Positions 38,787-48,170 of a DNA stretch of 64,000 nt are shown here, one piece after another; position 1 is the stretch's first letter, and the number at the start of each line of letters is the position of its first letter. The notes under the pieces were generated by a model. That model had not been told where the DNA came from. It made no database searches and saw only the letters and a list, made by a program, of their open reading frames with translations. Origin of the DNA: Candidatus Omnitrophota bacterium (GTDB lineage Bacteria > Omnitrophota > Gorgyraeia > Zapsychrales > Zapsychraceae); the NCBI GenBank assembly GCA_018062515.1, contig JAGOSC010000006.1, positions 342 to 64,341 on the forward strand. Reading direction: 5' to 3'. Made by a program: the position numbers and the translations under genes.

Positions 38787-40297
38787 TGAAGAGAATAGTT
38801 TTTTTCCTATCGATTGTTTTTATCACAACTAATGCCTCGGCTGAAACAATTTATTTAAAATCGGGACGGATCGTCACTGGTAAGATTGTGGCAAGGACTC
38901 CCGTGTATGTTCGGTTGGAAACAAAATTTATGGGTGACCCGGACCGTGAGTTCCTGGTGGAGAATATCATCAAGATTGTCGAGGATGATGAGAATTATGT
39001 TCCGACGCAGGCTGTTTTAAATTACGCGACCACCCTCGATGATGTTCCGATTCAAATTCAGCAAGCAGCGAGGAGAATGGCTGTATCATTACTTGAGCAG
39101 GCTATGCGAAATGTTTCCATGCCAAACATTGACGACGCTCCCGAAGGTGTTAAACAAATCGCAGAACAAAAGGCGTCTGACCTTCTCGCGCAGGCCATGG
39201 CTTCTCTTAATGAAACCCCGGAAACAGTTAAAGATGCGGCTCGTCAAATTGCCAATAGTTTATTAGAAGAAACCGTAAGATCCACTGCATCCGGTTCTGT
39301 TAATGATTTAACCGATGATGTAAAAAGAGCTGCTCAGGATAAAGCCAGTGCCTTGATTGAACAGGCGATGATTGGTACTGTCGAGGAAGCTCCGGATCAG
39401 GTCAAACAAGCGGCGCAACTTAAGGCTAGAGCTTTGATTGAAGATGCGATGAAAGAAATTAATATATTAGAAGGTGTTATTTCGGAAGGAAAATCAGTAC
39501 AAGAAGATTTTGAATCATTGTCAGCCGGCGCAACTGATCAACAATCAGAAACGGATAAGATTCAACAGTCAGAGAGAAATAAGATTACATCGTTTAACCG
39601 CGAAATTGCTCCGGAGCAGGTCGATTCATTAATGCAGGAAGCTATTCAAAAACGGGTCGACGAAACTAATAAAAATGAATTTAAAACTGTTGAGGGGACG
39701 GACGGGCTGATCGAAGAAATGGCCGCACCGCCTGCGCCAAAAAATATAGTTACCAGCGAAGAATTGATCGAAAGAGAACCCTCCGACGAGGACGTGGTAG
39801 ATGAATCGGAAGAAACGGAAGAAACAGCTCTAACGGAAGAGGAATTAAAAGAAAAAATCGCTAATATTCCTCAACCTAAAATGAAAGAGCCGACGTTCAA
39901 GGATTTTGTTCTGGCTTTAAATTACCGCGACTTTTTAGTCATGGGTTTTTGTGTTATTTTACTTTTGGTTTTACTTTCTCGACGATTCAGATCTAAAAAA
40001 ACAGATGAGGCTGAAATGAATGAACCAGATATTGAGGTGATTTCTTCAATTACATATCAGCACTTACCGGATGATATCAAATCTAAATTTACCAGTTCCG
40101 ACATTATCTTAATCCTGGAATATGAAGAAAAATACCGAAATAAAGTCGGACAAACATCGGATGAAGTAGTGATTGATGATGAAACCATGCTGATATATAT
40201 ACAAGAGCAGGTTCAGAAAGTCAGCGGCCGTTTTACGGTCGAAGATTTAAAAAAAGTTCTGCAAACCAAGGAAAAAAATTTACCGAAGGTGGGTTAG
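38786..40297 (+). CDS. Single-pass membrane protein with periplasmic tandem ~30-aa helical repeats (A.Q.A..LLEQAM) and cytoplasmic tail
   Basis: Signal peptide. At least 5 repeats (..AARRMAVSLLEQAM.., ..ASDLLAQAM.., ..ANSLLEETV.., ..ASALIEQAM.., ..ARALIEDAM..). Acidic linker, TM helix FLVMGFCVILLLVLLS, ~110-aa C-terminal region. Confidence 0.5.
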   Translation: MKRIVFFLSIVFITTNASAETIYLKSGRIVTGKIVARTPVYVRLETKFMGDPDREFLVENIIKIVEDDENYVPTQAVLNYATTLDDVPIQIQQAARRMAVSLLEQAMRNVSMPNIDDAPEGVKQIAEQKASDLLAQAMASLNETPETVKDAARQIANSLLEETVRSTASGSVNDLTDDVKRAAQDKASALIEQAMIGTVEEAPDQVKQAAQLKARALIEDAMKEINILEGVISEGKSVQEDFESLSAGATDQQSETDKIQQSERNKITSFNREIAPEQVDSLMQEAIQKRVDETNKNEFKTVEGTDGLIEEMAAPPAPKNIVTSEELIEREPSDEDVVDESEETEETALTEEELKEKIANIPQPKMKEPTFKDFVLALNYRDFLVMGFCVILLLVLLSRRFRSKKTDEAEMNEPDIEVISSITYQHLPDDIKSKFTSSDIILILEYEEKYRNKVGQTSDEVVIDDETMLIYIQEQVQKVSGRFTVEDLKKVLQTKEKNLPKVG

Positions 40298-40332
40298 TCT
40301 AATTTTAAACGCTAATTAAAGGATGGTATTGA

Positions 40333-40968
40333 ATGATTATGTTTATACGAAAGATAAGTTTTCAAATTTCATTTATTTTTCTAGCATTTTTTTTAACTGG
40401 CTGTGCGACTACCAAAAAGCCGGTCCCATCGGGATTTTTGGAGGATTATTCGAATGTTGAGGAAATGGATTCGGAAGGCGGCGTTTATATCAGTCAGAAT
40501 TCGGAAAAAAAACTTACCGATTATTCAAAATTCAAAATTGAGCCGGTTGAAATACGTTTTCATCCCGGCGCGCATGAAGGCGTTGATGATGCAGAACTTA
40601 AGCAACTTGTTGAGTTTTATGATTCACATTTGAAGCAGATTTTCGGAGAAAAATACCAGATTGTTGATACAACCGGGGAAGATACGGCAATACTTCGCAC
40701 GGCTATCACCGACGTAAAACCGAACAAAATATATTTAAATCTTCATTGGTCGACAACCTTACTGGGTGCGGGTATCGGTGGAGCGGATTTCGAGGCCGAC
40801 TTTGTGGATTCAGTCACAGGTGAGAGTATTATATCGGTTATGGATGCAAAAAAAGGTAAGCGCACGAAATACTTTAAAGGGCTTACAAAGTGGGGCCATA
40901 CTAAATCGGTCATCGAGGCTTGGGCCAAGACTTTAGTCGAGCTCGCCGATAAATCAAAAGAAAAATAA
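40333..40968 (+). CDS. Lipoprotein of unknown function
   Basis: Lipobox FFLTGC; soluble 190-aa domain, no recognisable motif. Confidence 0.5.
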   Translation: MIMFIRKISFQISFIFLAFFLTGCATTKKPVPSGFLEDYSNVEEMDSEGGVYISQNSEKKLTDYSKFKIEPVEIRFHPGAHEGVDDAELKQLVEFYDSHLKQIFGEKYQIVDTTGEDTAILRTAITDVKPNKIYLNLHWSTTLLGAGIGGADFEADFVDSVTGESIISVMDAKKGKRTKYFKGLTKWGHTKSVIEAWAKTLVELADKSKEK

Positions 40969-41081
40969 CTTTTTAATTTATCAAAGATTTTGATTATTGA
41001 AATAAAATGTGACGTCCATACAACTTTCTTGTCATCTTTTTAGTCCAATGTTATAGTGTTGGAAGTATAGGAGATTTCAGA

Positions 41082-41504
41082 ATGTCGTATGGACGTTTTT
41101 ATTTATTGATTGGTATTATCGCTGCTGTTTTTTTTCTTCAGTCTAAACTTGATGCCAGCCCATCCGCTGTCTATCCGTCGATGATCACCTCAAAAAAACC
41201 TGTTTCTCAAGGCATTGCTTCTTGGTATTCCAAAAAGTCTCCACGAATTAATAAGCGTACAGCCAATAATGAAATTTTTGATGATCAGGCCATGACCTGC
41301 GCGATGTGGGGTGTAAAGTTTAACCAATATGTTAGAGTAACCAATAAAGCTAATGGCCGATCTATTATTGTCCGCGTTAATGACCGTGGTCCAAAACAGC
41401 GTTTGGTGCGCCAAGGCCGCATTATTGATCTTACGGAAGCCGCGTTTTCCAAGATAGCATCTCCTCGTAAAGGTACGATCGATATACAACTCGAATTTCT
41501 ATAG
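41082..41504 (+). CDS. RlpA-like double-psi beta-barrel protein (secreted)
   Basis: Signal peptide; DPBB signature ..GIASWYS.., ..VRVTNKANGRSIIVRVNDRGP.. Confidence 0.7.
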   Translation: MSYGRFYLLIGIIAAVFFLQSKLDASPSAVYPSMITSKKPVSQGIASWYSKKSPRINKRTANNEIFDDQAMTCAMWGVKFNQYVRVTNKANGRSIIVRVNDRGPKQRLVRQGRIIDLTEAAFSKIASPRKGTIDIQLEFL

Positions 41505-41620
41505 TCCTCAAATATACATAAACACATCTATCCCAATAGGTAATAAATATTGACACAATCTTTTTGAACTGCTACGATCACTTTCAAAAAGAGGGATCAA
41601 CAGGTATTTAGGATAATCTT

Positions 41621-42772
41621 TTGTCAAATAATACATTTATCAGCGAAGCAGATACGAAAAAATTAGTCAAAATATGCGCACAGCATGTGAGGGATTTCCT
41701 GCAATTTTTGGATGATCAATATCAACCTTCATATTTCAAAGGAAGAGACCAAAATGTGTTACGGAAACAGGAACCCGTCATTTTTGCGCAAGCTAAAAAA
41801 TTTAAGCTCAATCCAAAGGCATTTACAGATCACAACTTAGTTCAATATGGAAATAATTTTTTAAGCGCTATTAGTTATCCGGTTCGTATTGAAGTACGCA
41901 AAGTAAAAGGAGTTGCAGGAACAGCTCAAATTGCGGTTCGTGGTGTATTTGGTGAGTTTCGACATACGGTTTTAAAACAAATTCAAAAAAATAAAAATTA
42001 CGATCAAAATAATTTTTATATTCGCTTATCCGGCCGTACTTCCTTTGAGATTAATCGTCGAGGAGTAGATAAAGGCTTGCCGATTCGCTACTTTTTTCAA
42101 CAATGGCCGGAAGTTTTAAAGACAATACGATACACGCCCGGAACCTGTATTGATTCAACAAAAACGAATACGCTCATTGCGGCGGATGGTGATGGAACTA
42201 CATATGACAGCCCGCGAGCGGATAAAGTGCCCAATCTCAATAGTAGTCAGGCATATAGAGCATTGCTAAAGTATTTAGAATCGGGCGGCGTATATGTCGT
42301 TATTTCAGGCAATCATCTGGATCGAACAATTTCCCGGGTTCAGAAGTTTATTCCGCCAAATTTAAAGAATCGTTTATTAATATCCGCGAATGGCGGTGCG
42401 AATTTAATATACTTTGGTCAAAAAGGTATAGTTAAGGAAATTTCGGACTACCGCACACAAGGGTTAAGTTATTTAAACTCAAAAAAGAAACTTTTTAATC
42501 TTGATTTTGTCTATATTGGAGATGATGGAAGCCGATTTGGAAACGATCGAGAAGCATTTAATGCTGCTGGGGCTGGCCGGTCAATTTTAGTGGATAAAGA
42601 TAAAACCGATGATATAATACCAGTTCTTAAGCCGAACCAAATAGGCGGGTTAACAGCGGGAACAAAAGGCGTGTTAGAGTATGTTAACCAGGTGGCCGCA
42701 AAGAATCTCGGACAAAAAGTTTTTACAAGAAGTCATATTGCCGAAATGGTAAAATCTGTTAGGCAACGATAA
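41621..42772 (+). CDS. Protein with C-terminal HAD-IIB-type phosphatase domain and N-terminal unknown domain (TTG start)
   Basis: HAD motif I LIAADGDGTT (DxDxT), motif II ..VVISGN.., motif IV ..GDDGSRFGNDREAF.. (GDxxNDxxM-like). Confidence 0.45.
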   Translation: MSNNTFISEADTKKLVKICAQHVRDFLQFLDDQYQPSYFKGRDQNVLRKQEPVIFAQAKKFKLNPKAFTDHNLVQYGNNFLSAISYPVRIEVRKVKGVAGTAQIAVRGVFGEFRHTVLKQIQKNKNYDQNNFYIRLSGRTSFEINRRGVDKGLPIRYFFQQWPEVLKTIRYTPGTCIDSTKTNTLIAADGDGTTYDSPRADKVPNLNSSQAYRALLKYLESGGVYVVISGNHLDRTISRVQKFIPPNLKNRLLISANGGANLIYFGQKGIVKEISDYRTQGLSYLNSKKKLFNLDFVYIGDDGSRFGNDREAFNAAGAGRSILVDKDKTDDIIPVLKPNQIGGLTAGTKGVLEYVNQVAAKNLGQKVFTRSHIAEMVKSVRQR

Positions 42773-42774
42773 TT

Positions 42775-43236
42775 ATGATCGCATCAACGCTGTGTTATTT
42801 GAAAAAGGATGGAAAAACGCTTATGCTGCATCGTGTTAAGAAAGATGCGGATATCCACAAAGGCAAATATAATGGCTTGGGTGGTAAGTTTCTTCCAGGT
42901 GAAACACCGGAAGAATGTATTATTAGGGAAGTCAGAGAAGAATCCGGCTTAGATATTCGCTCGCCGCAGTTACGCGGTGTTATGACCTTTCCCGAGTTTA
43001 AAGATAAAGAAGATTGGCTAGTTTTTTTATACACGGCTGAAAAATTCTCGGGTGAAATGTCGGAATGCGCAGAAGGTGAATTGAAATGGATTGACGATAA
43101 AGACCTTTTGAATCTGCATTTGTGGGAAGGCGATAAAATCTTTTTAAAATGGCTGGAAGGAACTCAATTCTTTTCAGCCAAGTTTTGTTATAAAGACGGA
43201 AACCTCATTAACCATAAGGTGACTTTTTACGGTTGA
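42775..43236 (+). CDS. Nudix hydrolase
   Basis: Nudix box GGKFLPGETPEECIIREVREESGL (GX5EX7REUXEEXGU). Confidence 0.8.
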   Translation: MIASTLCYLKKDGKTLMLHRVKKDADIHKGKYNGLGGKFLPGETPEECIIREVREESGLDIRSPQLRGVMTFPEFKDKEDWLVFLYTAEKFSGEMSECAEGELKWIDDKDLLNLHLWEGDKIFLKWLEGTQFFSAKFCYKDGNLINHKVTFYG

Positions 43237-44228
43237 AAAAAATTATACGAAAGCTTAAGGATTTATTGAGTATGGATGATAAGGAGAAAACAGTGGATCA
43301 ATCAATGACACGATCGGAAGATCGTATTTTAGAATGTGTAATTAAAGACGAAACAGGTTTGAATGACTTTCATCAATTGCCTGATTTGTTTGGTATAGAT
43401 ATCGATAAAGTTGGAATCAATCGATTCCGCATCCCGCTTAATTATAAAACCCCCGACGGTGGTTTAATCAATCACGACACTGAAGCCAGCATGTATATTC
43501 ATTTTCCTAAAGGAAAAGCTGGAATCAATATGAGCCGTTTGTATCAGATCCTTCAGGAAGAAGCTGCTCAGACACATGTATGCACCGAGTTTTTTAAAAA
43601 AATGTTAGGACGTTACCGTCACGACATGCGGGATATTGATAAAGACCCGCCTTTTAGAAAATCCTATTTAAAATTAAGATTTAAATATGCCTTGAAGCAA
43701 AAGGCTTTAAAAAGTGATCATTGGGGATGGCAGTATTATAACTGTATTCTCGAAGGGCAAGATGATCAGGGAAAACTACGTCTTTTTTTAACCGTTCAAT
43801 ATGAATATTCCTCGACGTGCCCATGTAGCTTGTCGATGTCCAAACAATATGAATATGAACATTCAAAAAAGAAAACGGCTGAAGGTAATGGAATGGCTGT
43901 TCCGCATAGTCAGCGGTCCGAAGCCAAAGTTACGGTTGAGATTAAGGATATGGACAATTTCTTTGTAGAAGATCTTGTCTTGTTGTTAAGAGTAGCCATA
44001 CCGACGGAAACACAAAGTTTTGTTAAACGCGTTGATGAACAAGCCTTTGCTGTATTGAATGCGCAGAATCCCATGTTCGTTGAACATGCCACCCGTCGGC
44101 TAAGTGAAGTTTTGAATTCAGAAAAAAAGATCATTGATTGGGTTGTCAGTGTTGAACACTGGGAATCATTACATAGTCATAATGCCGTTGCGGTTATTCG
44201 CAAACATCATTCCGGCGGGCTAAAATAA
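43233..44228 (+). CDS. folE2: GTP cyclohydrolase I type 2 (FolE2/MptA family, COG1469)
   Basis: Family motifs GINMSRL (GxHMSR-like), ..SSTCPCS.. and ..HSQRSEAKV.. (HNQRS-like) in the expected order and spacing. Confidence 0.6.
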   Translation: MKKIIRKLKDLLSMDDKEKTVDQSMTRSEDRILECVIKDETGLNDFHQLPDLFGIDIDKVGINRFRIPLNYKTPDGGLINHDTEASMYIHFPKGKAGINMSRLYQILQEEAAQTHVCTEFFKKMLGRYRHDMRDIDKDPPFRKSYLKLRFKYALKQKALKSDHWGWQYYNCILEGQDDQGKLRLFLTVQYEYSSTCPCSLSMSKQYEYEHSKKKTAEGNGMAVPHSQRSEAKVTVEIKDMDNFFVEDLVLLLRVAIPTETQSFVKRVDEQAFAVLNAQNPMFVEHATRRLSEVLNSEKKIIDWVVSVEHWESLHSHNAVAVIRKHHSGGLK

Positions 44229-44231
44229 AAT

Positions 44232-44762
44232 ATGTCGAACAACGCATCAAAGTCTGCGTCGGTCAATGAACATCGGAAACAAGCTTCAGAGAAAGATCCG
44301 GTTTTGATCAGTTTTGTAACCGTTAGCGATTCCAGAACACCTGAAACTGACGAGAATATTCAGTATTTTCGGGAAAATATAGATAAGCAGAATCAACGTT
44401 TATCAGATTATTATATTGTCCGCGATGAGCCGACAGAAATTGAAAGTGTCCTCGAGAAATTGATAAAAACGCCTGCTCAAGTTATTATTTTCAACGGTGG
44501 GACAGGAATTTCTAAACGTGACCGGACATTCGATGTTTTATCCGGTAAATTAGAAAAGACATTGCCGGGATTTGGTGAGATCTTTCGTATGTTAAGTTAT
44601 CAGGAAGTAGGTTCGGCTGCCATGTTGTCGCGTGCCACCGCTGGGGTTTACAAGAATAAATTGATCATTTCTATTCCCGGTTCACCTAATGCGGTTCAAT
44701 TGGCTTGGGAAAAACTTCTTAAAAAAGAATTAAAACATTTGGCCTGGGAAATTCTTCGCTGA
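44232..44762 (+). CDS. MoaB/MogA-family molybdopterin-binding domain protein
   Basis: ..IIFNGGTGISKRDRTFDV.. and ..ISIPGSPNAVQLAWEKLL.. match the MogA/MoaB GGTG and PGxP motifs. Confidence 0.65.
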   Translation: MSNNASKSASVNEHRKQASEKDPVLISFVTVSDSRTPETDENIQYFRENIDKQNQRLSDYYIVRDEPTEIESVLEKLIKTPAQVIIFNGGTGISKRDRTFDVLSGKLEKTLPGFGEIFRMLSYQEVGSAAMLSRATAGVYKNKLIISIPGSPNAVQLAWEKLLKKELKHLAWEILR

Positions 44763-44774
44763 GAAAGGAACGCT

Positions 44775-45326
44775 ATGATTTTATCCGGTTTAGAGATTAA
44801 ACGAAGATTAGGTAAAGATATTTTTATTGATCCATTTAATGAAGATCAATTAAACACGAACAGTTATAATATGTGTTTGCATAATAAAGTTCTCATCTAC
44901 CAAAACGATGTTTTGGATATGAAAAAGGAAAATAAAGTCACTGAAATGATTATCCCGGAGGAAGGATTAGAACTGCAATGCGGACAGCTTTATTTAGGAA
45001 GAACGATTGAACGAACAAGAACCGATAATTGCGTGCCGATGCTCGAAGGACGTTCATCTATTGGGCGATTAGGATTATTTGTTCATGTGACCGCGGGTTT
45101 CGGCGACGTTGGATTTTCTGGTTTTTGGACTCTTGAAATGTTTTGTGTAAAACCAATCCGGGTTTATCCGGGCGTTGAAATCTGCCAGATTTTTTATCAC
45201 ACCATTGAAGGTGATTTTGAAAAGTATCACAGCGATAAATATCAAAACAATACAGGCGTTCAGCCCAGTTTGCTTTACAAGGATTTTCAAAAAAGCAAAC
45301 AGGCGGCAGAATTATTATTACCATAA
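44775..45326 (+). CDS. dcd: dCTP deaminase (dUTPase superfamily)
   Basis: MILSGLEIKRRLGK..IDPF...NSYNMCL.. N-terminus and length (~185 aa) typical of Dcd. Confidence 0.7.
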   Translation: MILSGLEIKRRLGKDIFIDPFNEDQLNTNSYNMCLHNKVLIYQNDVLDMKKENKVTEMIIPEEGLELQCGQLYLGRTIERTRTDNCVPMLEGRSSIGRLGLFVHVTAGFGDVGFSGFWTLEMFCVKPIRVYPGVEICQIFYHTIEGDFEKYHSDKYQNNTGVQPSLLYKDFQKSKQAAELLLP

Positions 45327-45329
45327 GCG

Positions 45330-45764
45330 ATGATGGATACAATAAGAGTGGGAATACAAATGGATTTGAATCGGTTGTATAAAAACTTTGAGGTTTTAGA
45401 GAATTGGCAGGATCGCTACCGATTCATCATTGAAATGGGAAAAAAGATTCCTCAATTATCTGAAACAGATAAGATCGAAGCTAATCGCGTTCACGGATGT
45501 GTCAGTACCGTCCATATGGTGATTACTCAAACGCAAGATATTCCGCCGAGAATTCATTTTGTGGCGAACAGCGACGCGATGATTGTGAACGGCTTGATTG
45601 CTATCATGCAAATTATTTACGACGGAAAAACGCCTGAGGAAATTACGGGAGTTAATATAGATACGATATTTAAAAAATTAGGCCTTGAAGGTCATTTAAG
45701 TCCGAATCGTAGAAATGGTTTTTTTGCGATGGTGGAACGATTGAGGGCTTTGTCAAAAAAATAA
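45330..45764 (+). CDS. sufE: Cysteine desulfuration protein SufE
   Basis: Aligns along its length with SufE, including the active-site Cys in ..RVHGCVSTVHM.. and ..DSDAMIVNGLIAIM... Confidence 0.8.
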   Translation: MMDTIRVGIQMDLNRLYKNFEVLENWQDRYRFIIEMGKKIPQLSETDKIEANRVHGCVSTVHMVITQTQDIPPRIHFVANSDAMIVNGLIAIMQIIYDGKTPEEITGVNIDTIFKKLGLEGHLSPNRRNGFFAMVERLRALSKK

Positions 45765-45828
45765 GTTTACTGAAAACCAATTTGATCTAATTGTTATAGA
45801 TTTGTAGTTAATATTAAGGAGGAAAAAA

Positions 45829-46251
45829 ATGAATAAATTTACTATTTTTGCATTACTTTTAACCTTAGCCACATATGGGTGTGAAAGTCTTGACACAGGC
45901 ACCAAAAAAGGAGCGGCCATCGGAGCTTTATCGGGCGCAGCCTTAGGTGGGGTCATTGGACATAATGATGGGCGTCACGGTGGCGAAGGTGCGGCGATCG
46001 GTCTCGCGGCAGGAGCTTTAGGCGGTGCTTTAATTGGAAATGCCACTGATAAAAAAGCAGCATCTAGTTCGAACTATGTCACAGTCATTGAAATAGCCGA
46101 CATGGCGGAAAAAGGTGTGCCCAGCAACATTATTATTGATGAATTGATTCGTACGAAATCTAAATATAATCTAACATCTGAACAAATTGATTACTTACGT
46201 TCTAATGGAGTGGAAGCGAAGGTTATTGATTATATGCTTTCAACGATGTAA
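45829..46251 (+). CDS. Glycine-zipper lipoprotein (YMGG/17-kDa-antigen-like)
   Basis: Lipobox LATYGC; Gly-zipper GAAIGALSGAALGGVIG...GAAIGLAAGALGGALIG; small C-terminal domain. Confidence 0.55.
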   Translation: MNKFTIFALLLTLATYGCESLDTGTKKGAAIGALSGAALGGVIGHNDGRHGGEGAAIGLAAGALGGALIGNATDKKAASSSNYVTVIEIADMAEKGVPSNIIIDELIRTKSKYNLTSEQIDYLRSNGVEAKVIDYMLSTM

Positions 46252-46253
46252 TT

Positions 46254-46520
46254 ATGATTGATAAAGACTTACTCGATATTTTAGCGTGCCCGGAAACAAA
46301 AAAAGATGTTGAATTAGCCGACGAGAAAACGGTTACTGTCATTAATAAAGCAATCAGTGAAGGCCGGGTGCGCAATAAACTTCAGCAAAAAGTAGATCAG
46401 CCGATCGAAGGCGGCTTATTCCGTGTCGGCGATAAAAGCTGTATTTATCCAATCCGCGATCATATTCCTGTTCTTCTCGTCGACGAATTGATCATTTTAA
46501 CCGGAATTATTGACCAATAG
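46254..46520 (+). CDS. Trm112/UPF0434-family small protein
   Basis: ..LLDILACPETKKDV.. and C-terminal ..YPIRDHIPVLLVDE.. match the family pattern. Confidence 0.65.
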   Translation: MIDKDLLDILACPETKKDVELADEKTVTVINKAISEGRVRNKLQQKVDQPIEGGLFRVGDKSCIYPIRDHIPVLLVDELIILTGIIDQ

Positions 46521-46527
46521 GAACGAT

Positions 46528-46866
46528 ATGCCTTTTTACGATTATTTTTGTAAAGAAAATAATAGAACTGTCGAAGTGAAACATGATACCAAAACGCATC
46601 TTAAAACGTGGAAAGAGGTGTGTGAATCAGCTGGTATTGAATTAGGTAAGACGAAGCCGCAGGCCCTTGTCGAACGCGTGATTTCATTTCCGCAGGTTAA
46701 ATCAACGACAGGTGATTCAAGATTAAAAGAACTCGGCTTTACAAAACTGGTCAAAAGAGATCAAGGCGTTTATGAGAATGTAACAGCGTCGGGAACTGAA
46801 AAAAGATATGTTAAGGCGGACGATCCTTCCAGTATGCCTCATTTAAAAAAGAAAATAACCGATTAA
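46528..46866 (+). CDS. FmdB-like small protein with degenerate zinc ribbon (start revised to internal MPFYDY)
   Basis: N-terminus MPFYDYFC resembles FmdB MP-YEY-C, but only 2 of the 4 expected Cys are present. Confidence 0.3.
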   Translation: MPFYDYFCKENNRTVEVKHDTKTHLKTWKEVCESAGIELGKTKPQALVERVISFPQVKSTTGDSRLKELGFTKLVKRDQGVYENVTASGTEKRYVKADDPSSMPHLKKKITD

Positions 46867-46923
46867 TCAAAACGAAACCGGTTCACATTTGTATTTGACT
46901 CGGTTCAGACTTGAATCCTACAC

Positions 46924-47763
46924 ATGAATTCATTGACTTACTGGTGGCAGCACCTTCCGGAAAATATTAATCCCGTTTTATTCGCGATTGGCCCTGTTCA
47001 GATCCGTTTTTATGGAATCATGTACTTAATGTCCTTTTTGGTTGTGTTCAGTATCTTGTTGCACAGAATCAAGAATGAAAAGTTCAACTATACACGCGAG
47101 CAATGTGAAGACTATATTGTTTGGGCGGTTCTTGGAGCATTAATCGGCGCCCGTATCGGATATATACTTTTTTACGATTTTAGTTATTTCTTACATCATC
47201 CCGTAGAAGTGTTTTGGCCTTTTAAGCATATCGACGGTGTCGGCGTCATGGGTATTAGCGGACTTTCTTATCACGGCGGATTAGTCGGAGTCATCATAGC
47301 CACCATATTATTTTGTAAAAAGCAAAAATTTCAGCTTTGGGCTTTCGCTGATTTTTTTGTTCCTGCGGTTCCATTGGGATATACCTGTGGACGGATTGGA
47401 AATTTCTTAAACGGGGAATTGTGGGGAAGAGTTACTTTACAGCCGTGGGGAATGTATTTTCCATTTGCTCCGACATATGAACTAAGGCATCCCTCACAGC
47501 TTTATGAGGCTTTTTTTGAAGGAATAGTCCTTTTTTTAATATTGTGGACTTTGAGGAAGAAGGAAATCTGTAAGGGATATTTGTTTTTTGTCTATTTATT
47601 CGGTTACGGAATTTTCAGATTTTGTATTGAATTTTTCCGTCAGCCCGACGAGCAATTGGGGTTCGTTATCAATCATTTGTCGATGGGGCAGATATTATCT
47701 ATATTGATGATCATCATCCCGATAATTATTTTTATTCAGAAACCAAAATGGATTAGAAAATAA
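46924..47763 (+). CDS. lgt: Prolipoprotein diacylglyceryl transferase
   Basis: Lgt signature ..GYTCGRIGNFLNGELWGR.. plus conserved YHGGLVG and 7-TM profile. Confidence 0.85.
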   Translation: MNSLTYWWQHLPENINPVLFAIGPVQIRFYGIMYLMSFLVVFSILLHRIKNEKFNYTREQCEDYIVWAVLGALIGARIGYILFYDFSYFLHHPVEVFWPFKHIDGVGVMGISGLSYHGGLVGVIIATILFCKKQKFQLWAFADFFVPAVPLGYTCGRIGNFLNGELWGRVTLQPWGMYFPFAPTYELRHPSQLYEAFFEGIVLFLILWTLRKKEICKGYLFFVYLFGYGIFRFCIEFFRQPDEQLGFVINHLSMGQILSILMIIIPIIIFIQKPKWIRK

Positions 47764-47764
47764 T

Positions 47765-47962
47765 ATGAAAATAACTATTGAACATGAAGGACACAAAGCA
47801 ATTGTTGAAGATGAAACAATTGTGGATATTTGCGAGGCGATTGATTTATTAGAACATGCTTTAATTAAAATTGGTTATGATTCGGAGCGTTTACAAGGTG
47901 CTTTTATTGTTAAAGCCAGACAAATTTCGGCGGATTGGAATAAGCCAGAATTTAATTTTTAA
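47765..47962 (+). CDS. Small hypothetical protein (65 aa)
   Basis: Starts 1 nt after the lgt stop; acidic, no motifs. Confidence 0.35.
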   Translation: MKITIEHEGHKAIVEDETIVDICEAIDLLEHALIKIGYDSERLQGAFIVKARQISADWNKPEFNF

Positions 47963-47967
47963 TGTTA

Positions 47968-47995
47968 TTGACAAATACAAATTATTTCGTATAAT
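47968..47995 (+). promoter_or_regulatory. Near-consensus sigma70 promoter TTGACA-N16-TATAAT
   Basis: TTGACA at 47968-47973, TATAAT at 47990-47995; predicted transcription start about 48002. Confidence 0.65.
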
Positions 47996-48001
47996 TTGAA
48001 T

Positions 48002-48150
48002 AGTTAGTTGACGTGGCAAAGTTGTCACCGAAAAAAAGCTAGTTAAGGACGAAGACGCCCAATGACCAAGAAGGACATTGGGTTTTTTATTTACAGAGGC
48101 ATAGACGCCCCAGATAAACCGAAATGGTTTACCGCTGGGGCATTTTTTTT
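48002..48150 (+). ncRNA. Candidate small RNA or transcription-attenuator leader (~87 nt to the first terminator, ~148 nt to the second)
   Basis: No credible ORF. Hairpin tgac-gtggcaaagtt-gtca. Terminator 1: cccaatg/cattggg followed by T6 at 48058-48090. Terminator 2: gccccag..(inner taaacc/ggttta)..ctggggc followed by T8 at 48107-48150. Both are preceded by the same gacgccc word. A gene with RBS GAGAGGAG follows at 48171. Confidence 0.45.
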
Positions 48151-48170
48151 AAACAAAGAGAGGAGATCAG

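Noticed and set aside
46880-46912. tRNA-like T-arm resemblance (ggttcagacttgaatcc) upstream of lgt
   Set aside because: Not a GGTTCGAATCC match and no surrounding cloverleaf. No tRNA, rRNA, CRISPR repeat array, transposase or integrase anywhere in the window.
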